The notes below the pieces were generated by a model. The model was not told the origin of the DNA, did not search any database, and saw only the letters and a list, made by a program, of their open reading frames with translations. 64,000 bases of DNA, taken from the NCBI RefSeq assembly GCF_009914755.1, contig NC_060929.1; one strand, given 5' to 3'. Every line of letters starts with the position of its first letter. The first letter of the stretch is position 1. Below are positions 1 through 14,585 of this stretch, in pieces. The position numbers were made by a program, and so were the translations under genes. Origin of the DNA: the human T2T-CHM13v2.0 reference genome, Homo sapiens.

Positions 1-1
1 C

Positions 2-168
2 TTTGAGACAGGGTCTCACTCTGTTGCCCAGGCTGGTTGCAGCAGCGTGATCACAGCTCACCACAGCCTCAACCGCCTAGGCTCAAGTGATCCTCCCACC
101 TCAGCCTTCCGAGTAGCTGGAACTACAGGCACGCGCCACCATGCCGGGCTAATTTTTTTTTTTTTTTT
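2..168 (-). mobile_element. AluJ-type right arm, antisense
   Basis: gagacagggtctcactctgttgcccaggctgg...ccgggctaattttt; left arm absent. Confidence 0.9.
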
Positions 169-292
169 ATCTTGGTGATATTCTCTTTTTATTTATTTTG
201 TCTTTATTCAGTAATCTGCTTTGATATCCTGAATCAGTATTTCCTTAGGTGGAGAGAGTTTTCATATATTGAATATTAGATTCTTTCTCCAA

Positions 293-2102
293 TTTTTTTT
301 TTTTTTTTTTTTTTTTTATTCATTCTTGGGTGTTTCTCGCAGAGGGGGATTTGGCAGGGTCACAGGACAATAGTGGAGGGAAGGTCAGCAGATAAACAAG
401 TGAACAAAGGTCTCTGGTTTTCCTAGGCAGAGGACCCTGCGGCCTTCCGGCCTTCCGCAGTGTTTGTGTCCCTGGGTACTTGAGATTAGGGAGTGGTGAT
501 GACTCTTAAGGAGCATGCTGCCTTCAAGCATCTGTTTAACAAAGCACATCTTGCACCGCCCTTAATTCATTCAACCCTGAGTGGATACAGCACGTTTCAG
601 AGAGCACAGGGTTGGGGGTAAGGTCACAGATCAACAGGATCCCAAGGCAGAAGAATTTTTCTTAGTACAGAACAAAATAAAAAGTCTCCCATGTCTACCT
701 CTTTCTACACAGACACGGCAACCATCCGATTTCTCAATCTTTTCCCCACCTTTCCCCCTTTTCTATTCCACAAAACCGCCATTGTCATCATGGCCCGTTC
801 TCAATGAGCTGTTGGGTACACTTCCCAGACGGGGTGGTGGCCGGGCAGAGGCGCCCCTCACCTCCCGGACGGGGGGCTGACCCCCCCCCACCTCCCTCCT
901 GGACGGGGCAGCTGGCCGGGCAGAGGGGCTCCTCACTTCCCAGTAGGGGCGGCTGGGCAGAGGCGCCCCTCACCTCCCGGACGGGGCGGCTGGCCAGGCG
1001 GGGGGCTGACCCCCCCACCTCCCTCCCGGACGGGGCGGCTGGCCGGGCAGAGGGGCTCCTCACTTCCCAGTAGGCGCGGCCGGGCAGAGGCGCCCCTCAC
1101 CTCGCGGATGGGGCGGCTGGCCAGGCGGGGGGCTGACCCCCCCACCTCCCTCCCGGACGGGGCGGCTGGCCGGGCGGGGGGCTGACCCCCCCACCTCCCT
1201 TCCGGACGAGGTGGCTGCTGGGCGGAGACGCTCCTCACTTCCCAGACAGGGTGGCTGCTGGGCGGAGGGGCTCCTCACTTCTCAGACGGGGCGGCTGCCG
1301 GGCGGAGGGGCTCCTCACTTCTCAGACGGGGCGGTTGCCAGGCAGAGGGTCTCCTCACTTCTCAGACGGGGCGGTCGGGCAGAGACGCTCCTCACATACC
1401 GGACGGGGTGGCAGGGCAGAGGTGCTCCCCACATCTCAGACGATGGGTGGCCGGGCAGAGACGCTCCTCACTTCCCAGATGTGATGGTGGCCGGGAAGAG
1501 GCGCTCCTCACTTCCTAGATGGGATGGCGGCCGGGCAGAGATGCTCCTCACTTTCCAGACTGGGCAGCCAGGCAGAGAGGCTCCTCACATCCCAGACGAT
1601 GGGCGGCCAGGCGGAGATGCTCCTCACTTCCCAGACGGGTTGGCGGCCGGGCAGAGGCTGCAATATCGGCACTTTGAGAGGCCAAGGCAGGCTGCTGGGA
1701 GGTGGAGGTTGTAGCCAGCCGAGATCACGCCACTGCACTCCAGCCTGGGCACCATTGAGCACTGAGTGAACGAGACTCCGTCTGCAATCCCAGCACCTCG
1801 GGAGGCCGAGGCTGGCGGATCACTCGCGGTTAGGAGCTGGAGACCAGCCCAGCCAACACAGCGAAACCCCGTCTCCACCAAAAAAATACGAAAACCAGTC
1901 AGGCGTGGCGGTGCGCTCCTGCAATCGCAGCTCTCGGCAAGCTGAGGCAGGAGAATCAGGCAGGGAGGTTGCAGTGAGCCGAGATGGCAGCAGTACCGTC
2001 CAGCTTCGGCTCGGCATCAGAGGGAGACCGTGGAAAGAGAGGGAGAGGGAGACCGTGGAGAGGGAGAGGGAGAGGGAGAAGGAGAGGGAGAGGGAGGGAG
2101 AG
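293..2102 (-). mobile_element. Full-length SVA retrotransposon (SVA_D-like, subfamily uncertain), antisense in intron 21
   Basis: On + strand: poly-T 293-317, SINE-R/LTR5 about 320-810, GC-rich VNTR about 810-1655, Alu-like region about 1655-2030, (AGAGGG)n hexamers about 2036-2102. Confidence 0.97.
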
Positions 2103-2518
2103 CTTAATCTTTAAATTTCTGATGAAGGCTTTGAATTTTTTTTTTTGATTGTATGGATTATATGTTTCTTAAACTTTGAGGTTGACATATTTTTTCTAAA
2201 TTCTTTTTTTATTTTCAATCCATTTCTTTCTGTTCTGACCAGGATTATGATAAACAACTATTGATATTAAATTTGTTAACCACATATGTTACTCTTACAT
2301 TATTTTAATAACACTCTATCTGTATTTTTATTTGTTTCTATAAAGTTTTAAAATATGCTTAGTGTGCTAATTTTGGCTTCTCTTATTATATATAATGTAA
2401 TAGTTTAAGCATTTTAGTATTTAAATATATTACCCCTCTTCAGTAATAACATGACAATAGCAACAGGGCTAACTTATTATTTCTTGTATCTTTATAAACT
2501 CACTTTTTTTCATTCTAG

Positions 2519-2601
2519 ATTGACCAGGATGTTGTCATTACTAACTCTTATGAAACAGCTATGCGAACAGCCCAAAACTTCCTCTCCATCTTCCTTAAAA
2601 A
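2519..2601 (+). CDS. NIPBL: NIPBL exon 22 (83 nt)
   Basis: ttctag|ATT...AAAAA|gtgagt; IDQDVVITNSYETAMRTAQNFLSIFLK(K). Confidence 0.96.
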
Positions 2602-2946
2602 GTGAGTAAAATTAATATAAATCTGGTTTTTCTTTTCCACAGTATAGAGAATAGTTCATTTTTTTAAAAAGATGAATCCAATTTCCTGCCATAATCTGAA
2701 CCTTGAATACATCTTCCTGACACTTGGTTTCTTGATCTTTAAAATGAGGCAATTGGAGTATTAAAAATCTAAAATTGGGATGGGACTACACGGGGGAAAA
2801 AAATCTAAAATTTTGTGAATTTGCTTATATGTTAGACTCCAGAAATTAAAGTACTAGATTGAAATTCTGTAATTTGTCTTCAGTAAATTTTGGAGAATTT
2901 TCCTAGTGTACCTGAATAGGAAAGTTTGTGAAGAGATGTTATTTAG

Positions 2947-3259
<313 letters not shown>

Positions 3260-3288
3260 CAGCCTCCATAAGAATTTATGATGACCTT

Positions 3289-3577
3289 GGCCAGGTGTGG
3301 TGGCTCACACCTGTAATCCCAGCACTTTGGAAGACCAAGGCAGGTGGATTACAAGGTCAGTTCGAGACCAGCCTGACCAGCGTGGTGAAACCCTGTCTCT
3401 ACTAAAAATACAAAAATTAGCCAGGCATGGTGGTGCACGCCTGTAGTCCCAGCTACTTGAGAGGCTGAGGCAGGAGAATCGCTGGAACCCGGGAGGTGGA
3501 GGGTTGCCGTAAGCCAAGATCATGCCACTGCACTCCAGCCTGGGTGACAGGGTGAGACTCCATCTCAAAAAAATAAA
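3289..3577 (+). mobile_element. AluS
   Basis: Full Alu; TSD aagaatttatg(a/g)tga(c/t)ctt. Confidence 0.93.
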
Positions 3578-3873
3578 GAATTTATGGTGATCTTTTAGGT
3601 AGAAAAACAGTGATCATTTTTTTAAATGTGTTTCACTTGCGAGAAAGTAGTATTAGTATTGCTTAATAAATGAATTCCCTATAATTAAGGAGAAAGTGGA
3701 GTTTGTGAAATAGACTCATTTTAAACCATATTTTATTTAATGTACATTTATATATTTTGTTACTAAACATAGAAAAAAGAAAACTTAGCTAACAATTTCA
3801 ATCATGTTGGTAGACAGATGACTGACATGTGTCACCTAAATTGACATCCTTTTCATTATTTGCCTTTGAACAG

Positions 3874-4006
3874 ATGTGGTAGTAAGCAAGGTGAAGAAGA
3901 TTACAGACCACTGTTTGAAAATTTTGTTCAAGACCTTCTTTCAACAGTCAATAAGCCTGAATGGCCAGCTGCTGAACTACTCCTTAGTTTGTTAGGGAGA
4001 CTGTTG
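3874..4006 (+). CDS. NIPBL: NIPBL exon 23 (133 nt)
   Basis: aacag|A...TTG|gtaaga; CGSKQGEEDYRPLFENFVQDLLSTVNKPEWPAAELLLSLLGRLL, includes the Scc2-family PEWPAAELLL motif. Confidence 0.97.
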
Positions 4007-4854
4007 GTAAGAGTATAGCATTTAAAGATTATTAGATTACTAGAAGACAACATAATGAGGATGTACTCTGATTCACAGATGATGAATTCTTTAAAAATGT
4101 GTAAGGAAATATGAACATTGCATCTCTTTTTGCATGTGCATAACTGTACACAATATTGTCAGTACCTTGTAGAAAATTTTCAAATGTTGTGAAGTTTGGT
4201 GCTTTCATTTCATTACATAAGATAACAGTGCTTTAACAATTTTTTTTTTTTTGGAAATGTTATATTGTTAAAAGCATCTCAACACTGAGTCATAAGTTAC
4301 TCATTTCAAAGCAAGAAAATGATTAATATAGACTCCTTATCATCTTTAAGAGTATTTCTACAAATGTATGGCATTTTGTAGTCGTCATGTAACACAGTAG
4401 GTAAATGCAAAGAAATGTTGTGACTCTATTTTTAAACTACATTTGAACTTGCACAATACACATTGTTACAAAGCTTCTGGGACCTTTTTGTGAATGGGAA
4501 AATATGTTAATATTATTCGGAAACTATAATAACTTTTCATAGGCATCAGAATTCCACCCTAAGAAATTCTTACTCAGTAATACCACATTTTGTGCAAATA
4601 ATACAGTTGAGCCTGCATATTTAATGAGTTGTGTTGTTCTTAAGGAAGTTTAATCTGTAATTTTTTTAGTCACATGAAAATGTTCAGATTCCAGAAAATC
4701 AAAAGGCAAAAATGACTTTATGGGACAATATCACAGGAAAAAAAAAAGTTTAAATTTTAAATTATACAATTTAGATTGGGAATTTATATGATAAATTGCT
4801 ATTTAAAATATATTGTTATAAATCTATTCAATCAAAAACTATTTTGATATTTAG

Positions 4855-4998
4855 GTTCATCAGTTCAGTAACAAGTCAACAGAGATGGCTTTAAGAGTGG
4901 CATCTCTTGATTACCTTGGAACTGTTGCTGCACGGCTAAGAAAAGATGCTGTTACAAGCAAAATGGATCAAGGATCTATAGAACGCATTTTAAAACAG
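4855..4998 (+). CDS. NIPBL: NIPBL exon 24 (144 nt)
   Basis: tttag|GTT...CAG|gtacta; VHQFSNKSTEMALRVASLDYLGTVAARLRKDAVTSKMDQGSIERILKQ. Confidence 0.96.
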
Positions 4999-5599
4999 GT
5001 ACTAAGATAAAAGATTAAAATTATGGGAATGAATAATAGTTATTTTCTTTGCATGTCCTTACATTAGTTTTGCATTTCATTTTGTGTGGATTCAAAATAA
5101 GATTTTTACTTCTAAAAGTGGGCTTTTCAAAGCCCCAGTGAGAAATTTTAAGACCTGAGAATGAATTATTTAGTCTAACAGGGACTTCTGAATGGTTCAT
5201 ATAAATCATTTACTTTCTTTTTGTGAAGTACTCTTAATAATGTATAATGCTGTTTTATATTTGATTTAACATAAATTTTATTTAAGTTTTTAATTTACTG
5301 AATGGTGATTTAGCATACACAATAAGATTGTTTTGTACTTTTGAATGTTTTGTATCTTCTCATACCAAGGAGGTGTGAGGAGAGCTTTTTTATACTTTAT
5401 TACATTAGAGAGTTTTCATCTTGGGGGAAAAAGTGTTTTATTGCTTTTTTTTTTTTAATGTGGATGAAGTGGTAGTAATAAAGTTACTTGAGAAAACTGG
5501 TGAAGAAATGATTTCTAATCCTACTATATACAACTTCTGTTTTCATTTTTTTCTAGTCTTTTTTTATGCTCGTAATCATATCCATGTTGGTAGAAATGC

Positions 5600-6430
5600 C
5601 TCTAATTTTTTTTTAGCTATAGTTCGTGTTTTGAAATAATCTCAACCTTAGAGAAAAATTGTAGGAATAGTACAAAGAACTCCCATAAAAGCTTCTTGCA
5701 AATTCCTCAATTATTGACAATTTACAAAATTTCCTTTCTCATCTTTCAAAATATAGATGTATGTGTGTCTGTATATGCATTTTTTTTTAAATTTTGTTTC
5801 GAACCACTTGAAGTTAAGTTGCAGACATGATTCCCTCATTACCCCTGAATTCTCTAATGCAGTGATTTTCCAAGTATGATCCCCTTGACAAGTAACACCA
5901 ACATTGAAATCATCTGGGAACTAACAAGTACATTTCTAACAAAAGTACAAATTCTTAGGACCCTCCCTGGACCTACTGAATCAAAAACTCTTGGTTTAAC
6001 AAGCCCTCCAGGTGATTCTAATGAATGAATGAATGCTGAAACTTGGGAACCACTGCTTAGTGTATATTTCTGCAAACAAGAGCTCTCACTTAAATATCTA
6101 TAGTACAATTATCAAAAGCAAAAAATTATCATTAATACAATATTAACATCTGATGTAATACAATACCTACTCTGGTAAATTATAATTTGTTGCCATCATT
6201 ATTTTAATGCTCAAATCGTCCTAGATTTGATCAATGAGAACCCTTTGAAGCTGGCTTTTATATCATTTTGATATATTCCCATCATAATTTGAGGGCTTTC
6301 TAGAACAAAAAGGTATTTCAGGCAGATCTTTTACCTTCCCTACCCCTGCCCTGGGATCAGTTGTTTCTCCTAGGAATCTTGGTTCCTTTTGTTGGTGAAT
6401 TGTAATGTAGAAACCAAGATCTAGTTACTG
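5600..6430 (-). mobile_element. Old L1M fragment with nested MER5A-like hAT relic (about 5940-6060)
   Basis: L1MC-like antisense sequence; acctactgaatcaaaaactc...tttaacaagccctccaggtgattct...gggaaccactg is typical of MER5A. Confidence 0.6.
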
Positions 6431-6673
6431 GATGACTTTCTGTATTTCTTAAAGTGGGCCTGGAACCTCTTATTGCCATGTATGGCTATGTTGATTATAC
6501 ATTGTGCAGCTCAAGGGGAAGGATCATTTGTAAATTTTTATGGCTCTCAACACATATTTCCAAAAGGAAATTCTTCCTACCTCTGAAGATTTAACACATT
6601 TTTCTGATCATTTTTATGTCAACTACCTATGAGCTCTTTTTTTAAAAAATGACATATGGTTCATAAAAATAAT

Positions 6674-7236
<563 letters not shown>

Positions 7237-8294
7237 GTAGGATTCTTTTCCCCTGTTTTGGAGATACTACATGTTTATTTAAATTGGGTTTAAGAAAATT
7301 GGGAGGTAGCATGATGAAGAGGAAAACTTAAGTTGTTTGGAATATTGATTTTCAAAACAAAGGGATACTTGATAATCTAAACAGAAAAGAATGCTTTGGG
7401 TTGATTTGTCTTATATGGAATTCTGGTTACAGATACTGTACTGTACTAAAATTGTGTGACAAGAGAAATATTTGGAAGTCTCTCCGTAAGTGATCTTTGA
7501 GGCTAGGCTAGGTCATTGGTTCTCAGAGTGAGTATGGGCCGAGTGGTACATGAGATGATCTATAAGCCTGTAAAAATAAACTATTGGATTTTTATATGTA
7601 TATTTTTAAATATAATTTTACTTCTATTTCATGTATGTTACACAATGTAACCAAAATATTAGTATAAGAGGTTCATGTACAAAATTTATAAACTATTATT
7701 TGAGAACATTATACATAGAGATATTTTATTTTATTTTTTAACTGGTGGGATATGCAATTGAAAGAAATGGGATACTACTAAGCTCTTCAGCCAAATACTG
7801 TAGGTTTTCAGTTTGTATTCAAAGGAACAGATTTACAGGTGTGTCTCAGTGTTAAACTATTTCAGTGACAATTGTCTTGTGTGTTTCTTGGAGAACTAAG
7901 GCAAAATTTGAAAACAGATGAAGTCTTCTACCTTCAGCATTTTATCAATTTGTTTTAAACTTTCCTAGTTGACCCATCATCTGTTTAACTTTGTCATGAT
8001 GTTGTCCTTGATTAAGTAGTTGATAATAGTATTCTATATTTAATACAGTTGTGTTTATCAAATTATCTTGACTTCATTAATATAAGTATTGGAACATAGT
8101 AAAATAATAAGTTTTCTAACATTTAGGATATTCTATATTTTCTGGCTTTCTTAAAATCTGTTTTTATCACATGGAAGTTGTTTTAAAGTAAACTTTAATA
8201 TTTGTATTCCTGTAATGTGAGCACTCTAACTTTATTAACTTGGAAATCTTGTTGCTAATTTCATCAAGCTCAAGTCTGTCTAATTTCTTTCCAG

Positions 8295-8509
8295 TTTTCT
8301 CGTAAATTCTATATAGCCCAGTGGTTTCGAGACACAACTCTGGAAACAGAAAAAGCAATGAAATCACAAAAAGATGAAGAATCATCTGAAGGAACACATC
8401 ATGCAAAGGAAATTGAGACAACTGGCCAAATTATGCATCGAGCTGAAAACCGAAAAAAGTTTCTTAGAAGCATTATCAAAACCACACCTTCTCAGTTTAG
8501 CACATTAAA
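8295..8509 (+). CDS. NIPBL: NIPBL exon 26 (215 nt)
   Basis: ttccag|TTT...TTAAA|gtaaga; FSRKFYIAQWFRDTTLETEK...TTPSQFSTL(K). Confidence 0.96.
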
Positions 8510-8610
8510 GTAAGATCCAAGGAGAAAACAGTTTACATTTATCTCCTTGATATCTATTTCCCTAAGTTACAAAAAAAGAAAAATAAATTTTTAATGACTT
8601 TTTGTTGCAG

Positions 8611-8713
8611 GATGAACTCTGATACTGTGGACTATGATGATGCTTGCTTGATTGTTCGATACTTGGCCTCCATGAGGCCGTTTGCCCAGAGCTTTGATAT
8701 TTATTTGACACAG
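8611..8713 (+). CDS. NIPBL: NIPBL exon 27 (103 nt)
   Basis: ttgcag|G...CAG|gtaaac; MNSDTVDYDDACLIVRYLASMRPFAQSFDIYLTQ. Confidence 0.96.
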
Positions 8714-8815
8714 GTAAACTGGATAAGAATTCCTTATACAGTGATATTGATTTTTCTGATTCTGGATGCTTGTGAGCAGTATATAATATCATTCATTGTT
8801 GAGTACAGATACTTA

Positions 8816-9170
<355 letters not shown>

Positions 9171-9262
9171 TTACATATTCTTGTTTTACAAATATATATT
9201 TGTATGAATGCACACACATACAGTATCAGTAGAGTAAGTGACATTATAAAAACATCCAACTA

Positions 9263-9549
<287 letters not shown>

Positions 9550-9886
9550 CTACCAAATTATGATTTGAATGATACTAAATATCTTTGATTCAAGTTACAC
9601 ATAGCAAGGTTTTAATGGGGCTACAGGTTCTGCAAATGAAGCAAAACAATTAAAAAACAGGTTTAATTGGATAAACGAAAGGCTCCAAAGTATGGACTAT
9701 ACACTTAACACCTGTACTGATTTTTAAGTTAAACTTTGAATCATTAGGAAAGATCCTTTACTCATTTATATACAGATTAAAGAGAGGTAAATAATAGATT
9801 TGTTTTCTTTTGCATGTTTTCATGCTATTTTTAATTAAATTTTATGTATTCTAAAATTTACAAAAATGTCAATGTTTGCTTGGCAG

Positions 9887-9985
9887 ATCCTACGAGTTCT
9901 TGGTGAAAATGCAATTGCTGTTCGAACAAAAGCCATGAAGTGTTTGTCTGAGGTTGTTGCTGTAGACCCCAGTATTCTAGCAAGG
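9887..9985 (+). CDS. NIPBL: NIPBL exon 28 (99 nt), HEAT repeat region
   Basis: tggcag|ATC...AGG|gtaaag; ILRVLGENAIAVRTKAMKCLSEVVAVDPSILAR. Confidence 0.96.
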
Positions 9986-10079
9986 GTAAAGAGCAAAAAT
10001 GATTCTTTCTTTTCTACTCGAATTGGAATATTCACTCTATTTAGGTATAAATTGTTTTTTTCTCTTCATTTTTCTTTAG

Positions 10080-10226
10080 CTTGATATGCAACGAGGTGTT
10101 CATGGACGATTGATGGATAATTCGACTAGTGTCCGAGAAGCAGCAGTAGAATTACTAGGTCGATTTGTCCTTTGTCGACCTCAGCTTGCTGAACAGTATT
10201 ATGATATGCTGATTGAAAGAATATTG
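10080..10226 (+). CDS. NIPBL: NIPBL exon 29 (147 nt), HEAT repeat region
   Basis: ctttag|CTT...TTG|gtatgt; LDMQRGVHGRLMDNSTSVREAAVELLGRFVLCRPQLAEQYYDMLIERIL. Confidence 0.97.
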
Positions 10227-11718
10227 GTATGTTTGTCATTTTTATAATGATTCGTGAATATAATTTTGCCTTTCAAGCATCATGTTTTGTTTTAAAGTGT
10301 TAAGTTAGAAAAATAAATGTACCAATTATATATTTATATTGTCAAATTTATGAACTATTGCCACTTTCTAAACAAGTACATATTTTCAAGAATAGCCCTT
10401 GCAATATCATAAAACAAATCATTGGTAATAATTGGATTCCTTTTTTCAGTTGCTGTTTCTTTTTAATTATACCAGTTTACAATGAGTAGATGATAGGAAC
10501 CACATGGGGTAGTTAAATGTTTTTGAACAAGAATCTAGAGTGATTTTATGTATATATTTATGTATGTATATATATAAACAGGAAGAATTATTTCAGTGAG
10601 AGACACGTACAGAACGTTGGTACCTGACAATATTTTTGGATCCCTTAGGTGCATCTTCTTGTTTCCTTAAAGCTGATTAATGATAGCTCAGATACCTACA
10701 AGTTAAGCCCAAAAGTCCATTGAGGTTTAAGAGCAAACTAAAGAGGTTCTACATACATCATGGAATTCTCTGGCTCTGAAGCATTTTTCTGAAAAATGAA
10801 AGGAAACATTGGCATTAGGAAATATCTGTGGAATCTCCACACTACCCATTGCAGGCATATTGACTTATTGTAGAACTCAACATAGATGCACTAGTGCACA
10901 AAATTAAGTATTACCTCAATGACAAGAGTTTATTTTGTCACCCTTGGCCTAATATCAGAACATTGTGTGACAGAAGTATAGAGTCATTTTTAGCTTCAAC
11001 TAGGCATAAATCTTGGTTGAGAAACAAATAATTTAAAGAAAAGCTGGAAAAATTTTTTTCCTTCTTAGGGCTTCCATCTTTTGAAGGGTAAAATCAACAG
11101 GATTCCCACGTATCTGATAAACTCTGATATTTGTAACCCTAGTAAAATATCCTAAAATATTTTGGGGATTGCTAAAATCACATAATGGAGATTAATAATT
11201 TTGCACACTTCATGTATGATGCTTTTTATTTTTAAAACTCTTTAATATGAAAGTTTGTTAAAGAAAAATAGTACAGTGAACACCCTTGTACCTACCTCCA
11301 TACTTCATCTGTACTTTCTGCTAAATTATTTTAAGTCAAACATTTTTTACTTCTTTTCTTGTGAACACTTCAGTTTGTAACACCAAAAAAAGATACTGTG
11401 CTATATAAACAAAACCATTATCTCACCCAAATTAGCACTCTAGTATCATCTGAATACTAGTTCTTAGATCCTCCATTGTCCTAAAAATGTTTTTTCATTC
11501 TTCTTTTTTAAGAATCAGAATTCAGTCAAAGGTAATACATTGCATTTGGGGGTCATGTCTTAAAATTGAAGACTATTTTCTTATTCTTTTTTTTTTTTTT
11601 TTTTTTTTTTTACATCCCATATGACATTGACGGATTAAAAAGGCCTGATCGGTTTTGTTATCTTCCCACACTTCGTTTAATTTAACTTGTGTTTTGTATC
11701 TCTTATAAACCATAAGAT

Positions 11719-12119
<401 letters not shown>

Positions 12120-12420
12120 CTATTCTAAAGCTTATGTTTGTTTTCTCATTTAATTTTGACAAGCGTATACTTCTAGTCTTGTGTCCAGGGCTTAACTATA
12201 AAATATGTTTCTATGTCTTAGATATCATACTTTAAAAGTAAAGACAACATAATAAAATAACACATTTATAGTAGCAGAAAGCATGTAAAAAGCAAATATG
12301 TCAAGTGTGTTTATCATGTTAACAAATAGTGAATATACTGCGTATGGATACTTATTTTCTAATTTCATACACTAGGCATCTCAATTTTTCTGACTCTTAA
12401 AAATACCTTTCTGTTTTTAG

Positions 12421-12555
12421 GATACTGGTATCAGTGTCAGGAAAAGAGTAATAAAGATTCTCAGAGACATTTGTATTGAACAACCAACATTTCCAAAAAT
12501 CACAGAAATGTGTGTAAAAATGATTCGCAGAGTCAATGATGAAGAGGGCATTAAG
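12421..12555 (+). CDS. NIPBL: NIPBL exon 30 (135 nt)
   Basis: tttag|GAT...AAG|gtagtg; DTGISVRKRVIKILRDICIEQPTFPKITEMCVKMIRRVNDEEGIK. Confidence 0.97.
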
Positions 12556-12788
12556 GTAGTGTTGACTGTTTTAAATTTATTTTTCATTAATGTTTAAAAT
12601 AAGTTAAATGTTTATTGCACCTAAATGTTGATTTTAAATATATCCAAACACTTTACAATGAATCGTTTATAGTTTATAAACTTAAGAAAAATACATACTT
12701 TAATTTTTTTTGTTTCTAGATTTTTATATTAAGTATTATAATCTGATTTTAACCAACCAATTCCTCAGTGGTAATATTTATTTAAGAC

Positions 12789-13092
12789 TGGCCATAGTAG
12801 CTCATGCCTATAATCCCAGCACTTTGGGAGGCCAAGGCAGGAGAATGGCTTGAGGCCAGGAGTTGGAGATCAGCCTGGGCAACATAGTAAGAATCCTATT
12901 TCTATAAAAAATAAAATGATGAAAATAATTTTTAAAAATTTCACCAAACATAGTAGAGCATGCCTATAGTTCCAGCTACTCTAGAGATTGACACAGGAAG
13001 ATTACTTGAGCCCAGGAATTCAAGGCTGCAGTGAGCTGTAATCTTGCCACTGCACTCCTGCCTGGGCAAGGGTGAGACTCCATCTCAAAAAA
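12789..13092 (+). mobile_element. AluJ (diverged)
   Basis: Diverged dimeric Alu. Confidence 0.85.
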
Positions 13093-13224
13093 TGTGCATG
13101 TGTGTGTTGATTGATTTATTGATTGTTATTATAAGAGATTGCATTATATTCAAAGGTTTCTCATGGGATTATTTTAATTTTCAAATGATTTTAGTTTTCT
13201 AAATTATTAAATAAATACTTTGTT

Positions 13225-13655
13225 TCATTATGTTAAGTGAAATAAGCCAGACACAGAAAATAGCACATATTTTCACTCATGCGTGGAAGCTTAAAAAAAA
13301 TTTATCTCATAGAGATAGAGAATAGAAAGATGGTTAGCAGAGGGAGGGAAGGGTTGTGAGGGGTTGAATAAAGAGGGGTTGGTTCACAGTTATCAAAAAT
13401 ACACCCAGAAGGAATAAAATTTAGTGTTCAGTAGCACAATAGGGTGACTATAGTTAACAATAACTTATTGTACATTTAAAAATAACTAGAAGAATGGAAA
13501 TAGGATGTTCCTAACACAAAGAAATGGTAAGTGCTTGAGGCGATGGATACCCCAGTTACCCTGATTTGATCATTATACATTGTATGCTTGTATCAAAAGT
13601 TCAACTATACTTCATAAATGTGTACAGCTATTATGTATCCATAAAAAAAAAATTT
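13225..13655 (+). mobile_element. L1MA-type 3' end
   Basis: cattatgttaagtgaaataagccag...gatggataccccagttaccctgatttgatcattatacattgtatgcttgtatcaaaa. Confidence 0.85.
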
Positions 13656-14064
13656 TAAGTTTAGTCCTAAATTCATTAGTAAATTTACATTTATATATAA
13701 TAATATGTATAATTGTCCCTTTTTTTTAAGTTTAGCAAACACTGTAACAACTTCTTCTCCAAAAGCAGTAAATATATTTTTTAGTTTGATCATAAACATT
13801 TGAGTGTATAGTATGAAGAAGTTCTAGGCTAGGGATAGTATCACCCATTCGTATTGTTTAAAATCTTTACCAAATTGAAAATTTTTATAGTTTTGAGAAA
13901 TTAGTAGTTTTAGAAAAAACTGAGGAAATTAATACCAGAAATTCCTGGCAGTTTGTGTTTTGATTAGTTATTTATAGCTTTGTGTTGGGCCTAATGAGAA
14001 TTTGGAATTGTGAAATTGCCGTATTTGTTATAATTAGTTAATTTGAAATTTCTCTTCCTTCTAG

Positions 14065-14163
14065 AAATTAGTAAATGAAACATTCCAGAAACTCTGGTTT
14101 ACTCCAACTCCACACAATGACAAAGAAGCAATGACAAGGAAAATTTTAAACATTACCGATGTG
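14065..14163 (+). CDS. NIPBL: NIPBL exon 31 (99 nt)
   Basis: ttctag|AAA...GTG|gtaaga; KLVNETFQKLWFTPTPHNDKEAMTRKILNITDV. Confidence 0.96.
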
Positions 14164-14585
14164 GTAAGAAGGACTGGAACAAGGGTGTGGTCACTGTTGA
14201 TCCAGACCTAATTGAGGCCTACATGTCTTATGAAGGAAGAGACAATAATGAGATATTTCATTAATCTTGACATTTCGTACTGCTGCCTTTACTTTATATT
14301 TCTGGAGATGCTGAAGGGATGCAAGTAACATGTCGTTGATGCTTCCATATAGCCCTACTTCTTGGCATTAATTGATGTAAACACTGATACTGAGATTTTC
14401 CTATTCCTCCAGCAATTAAAAACAGGGAGGGAAAGGAGAAATGGAAGAACAGATACAATCGCCCAAGGGTAATAATCTGCAAAGATAGTAATGCCTACTT
14501 TTTTCAGAAATTATGAATATGGATTAGCTACATTTTTTATTATGCATAAGCTATACATTTTGTGTTTTTAATATAAGAAATTTTT

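Noticed and set aside
810-1655. Regular 35-50 bp repeat array, CRISPR-like at first glance
   Set aside because: SVA VNTR with no unique spacers, in a eukaryotic gene
581-2114. Cluster of GC-rich ORFs up to 167 aa on both strands
   Set aside because: All lie in the SVA VNTR/Alu-like region, where stop codons are rare; SVA is non-coding
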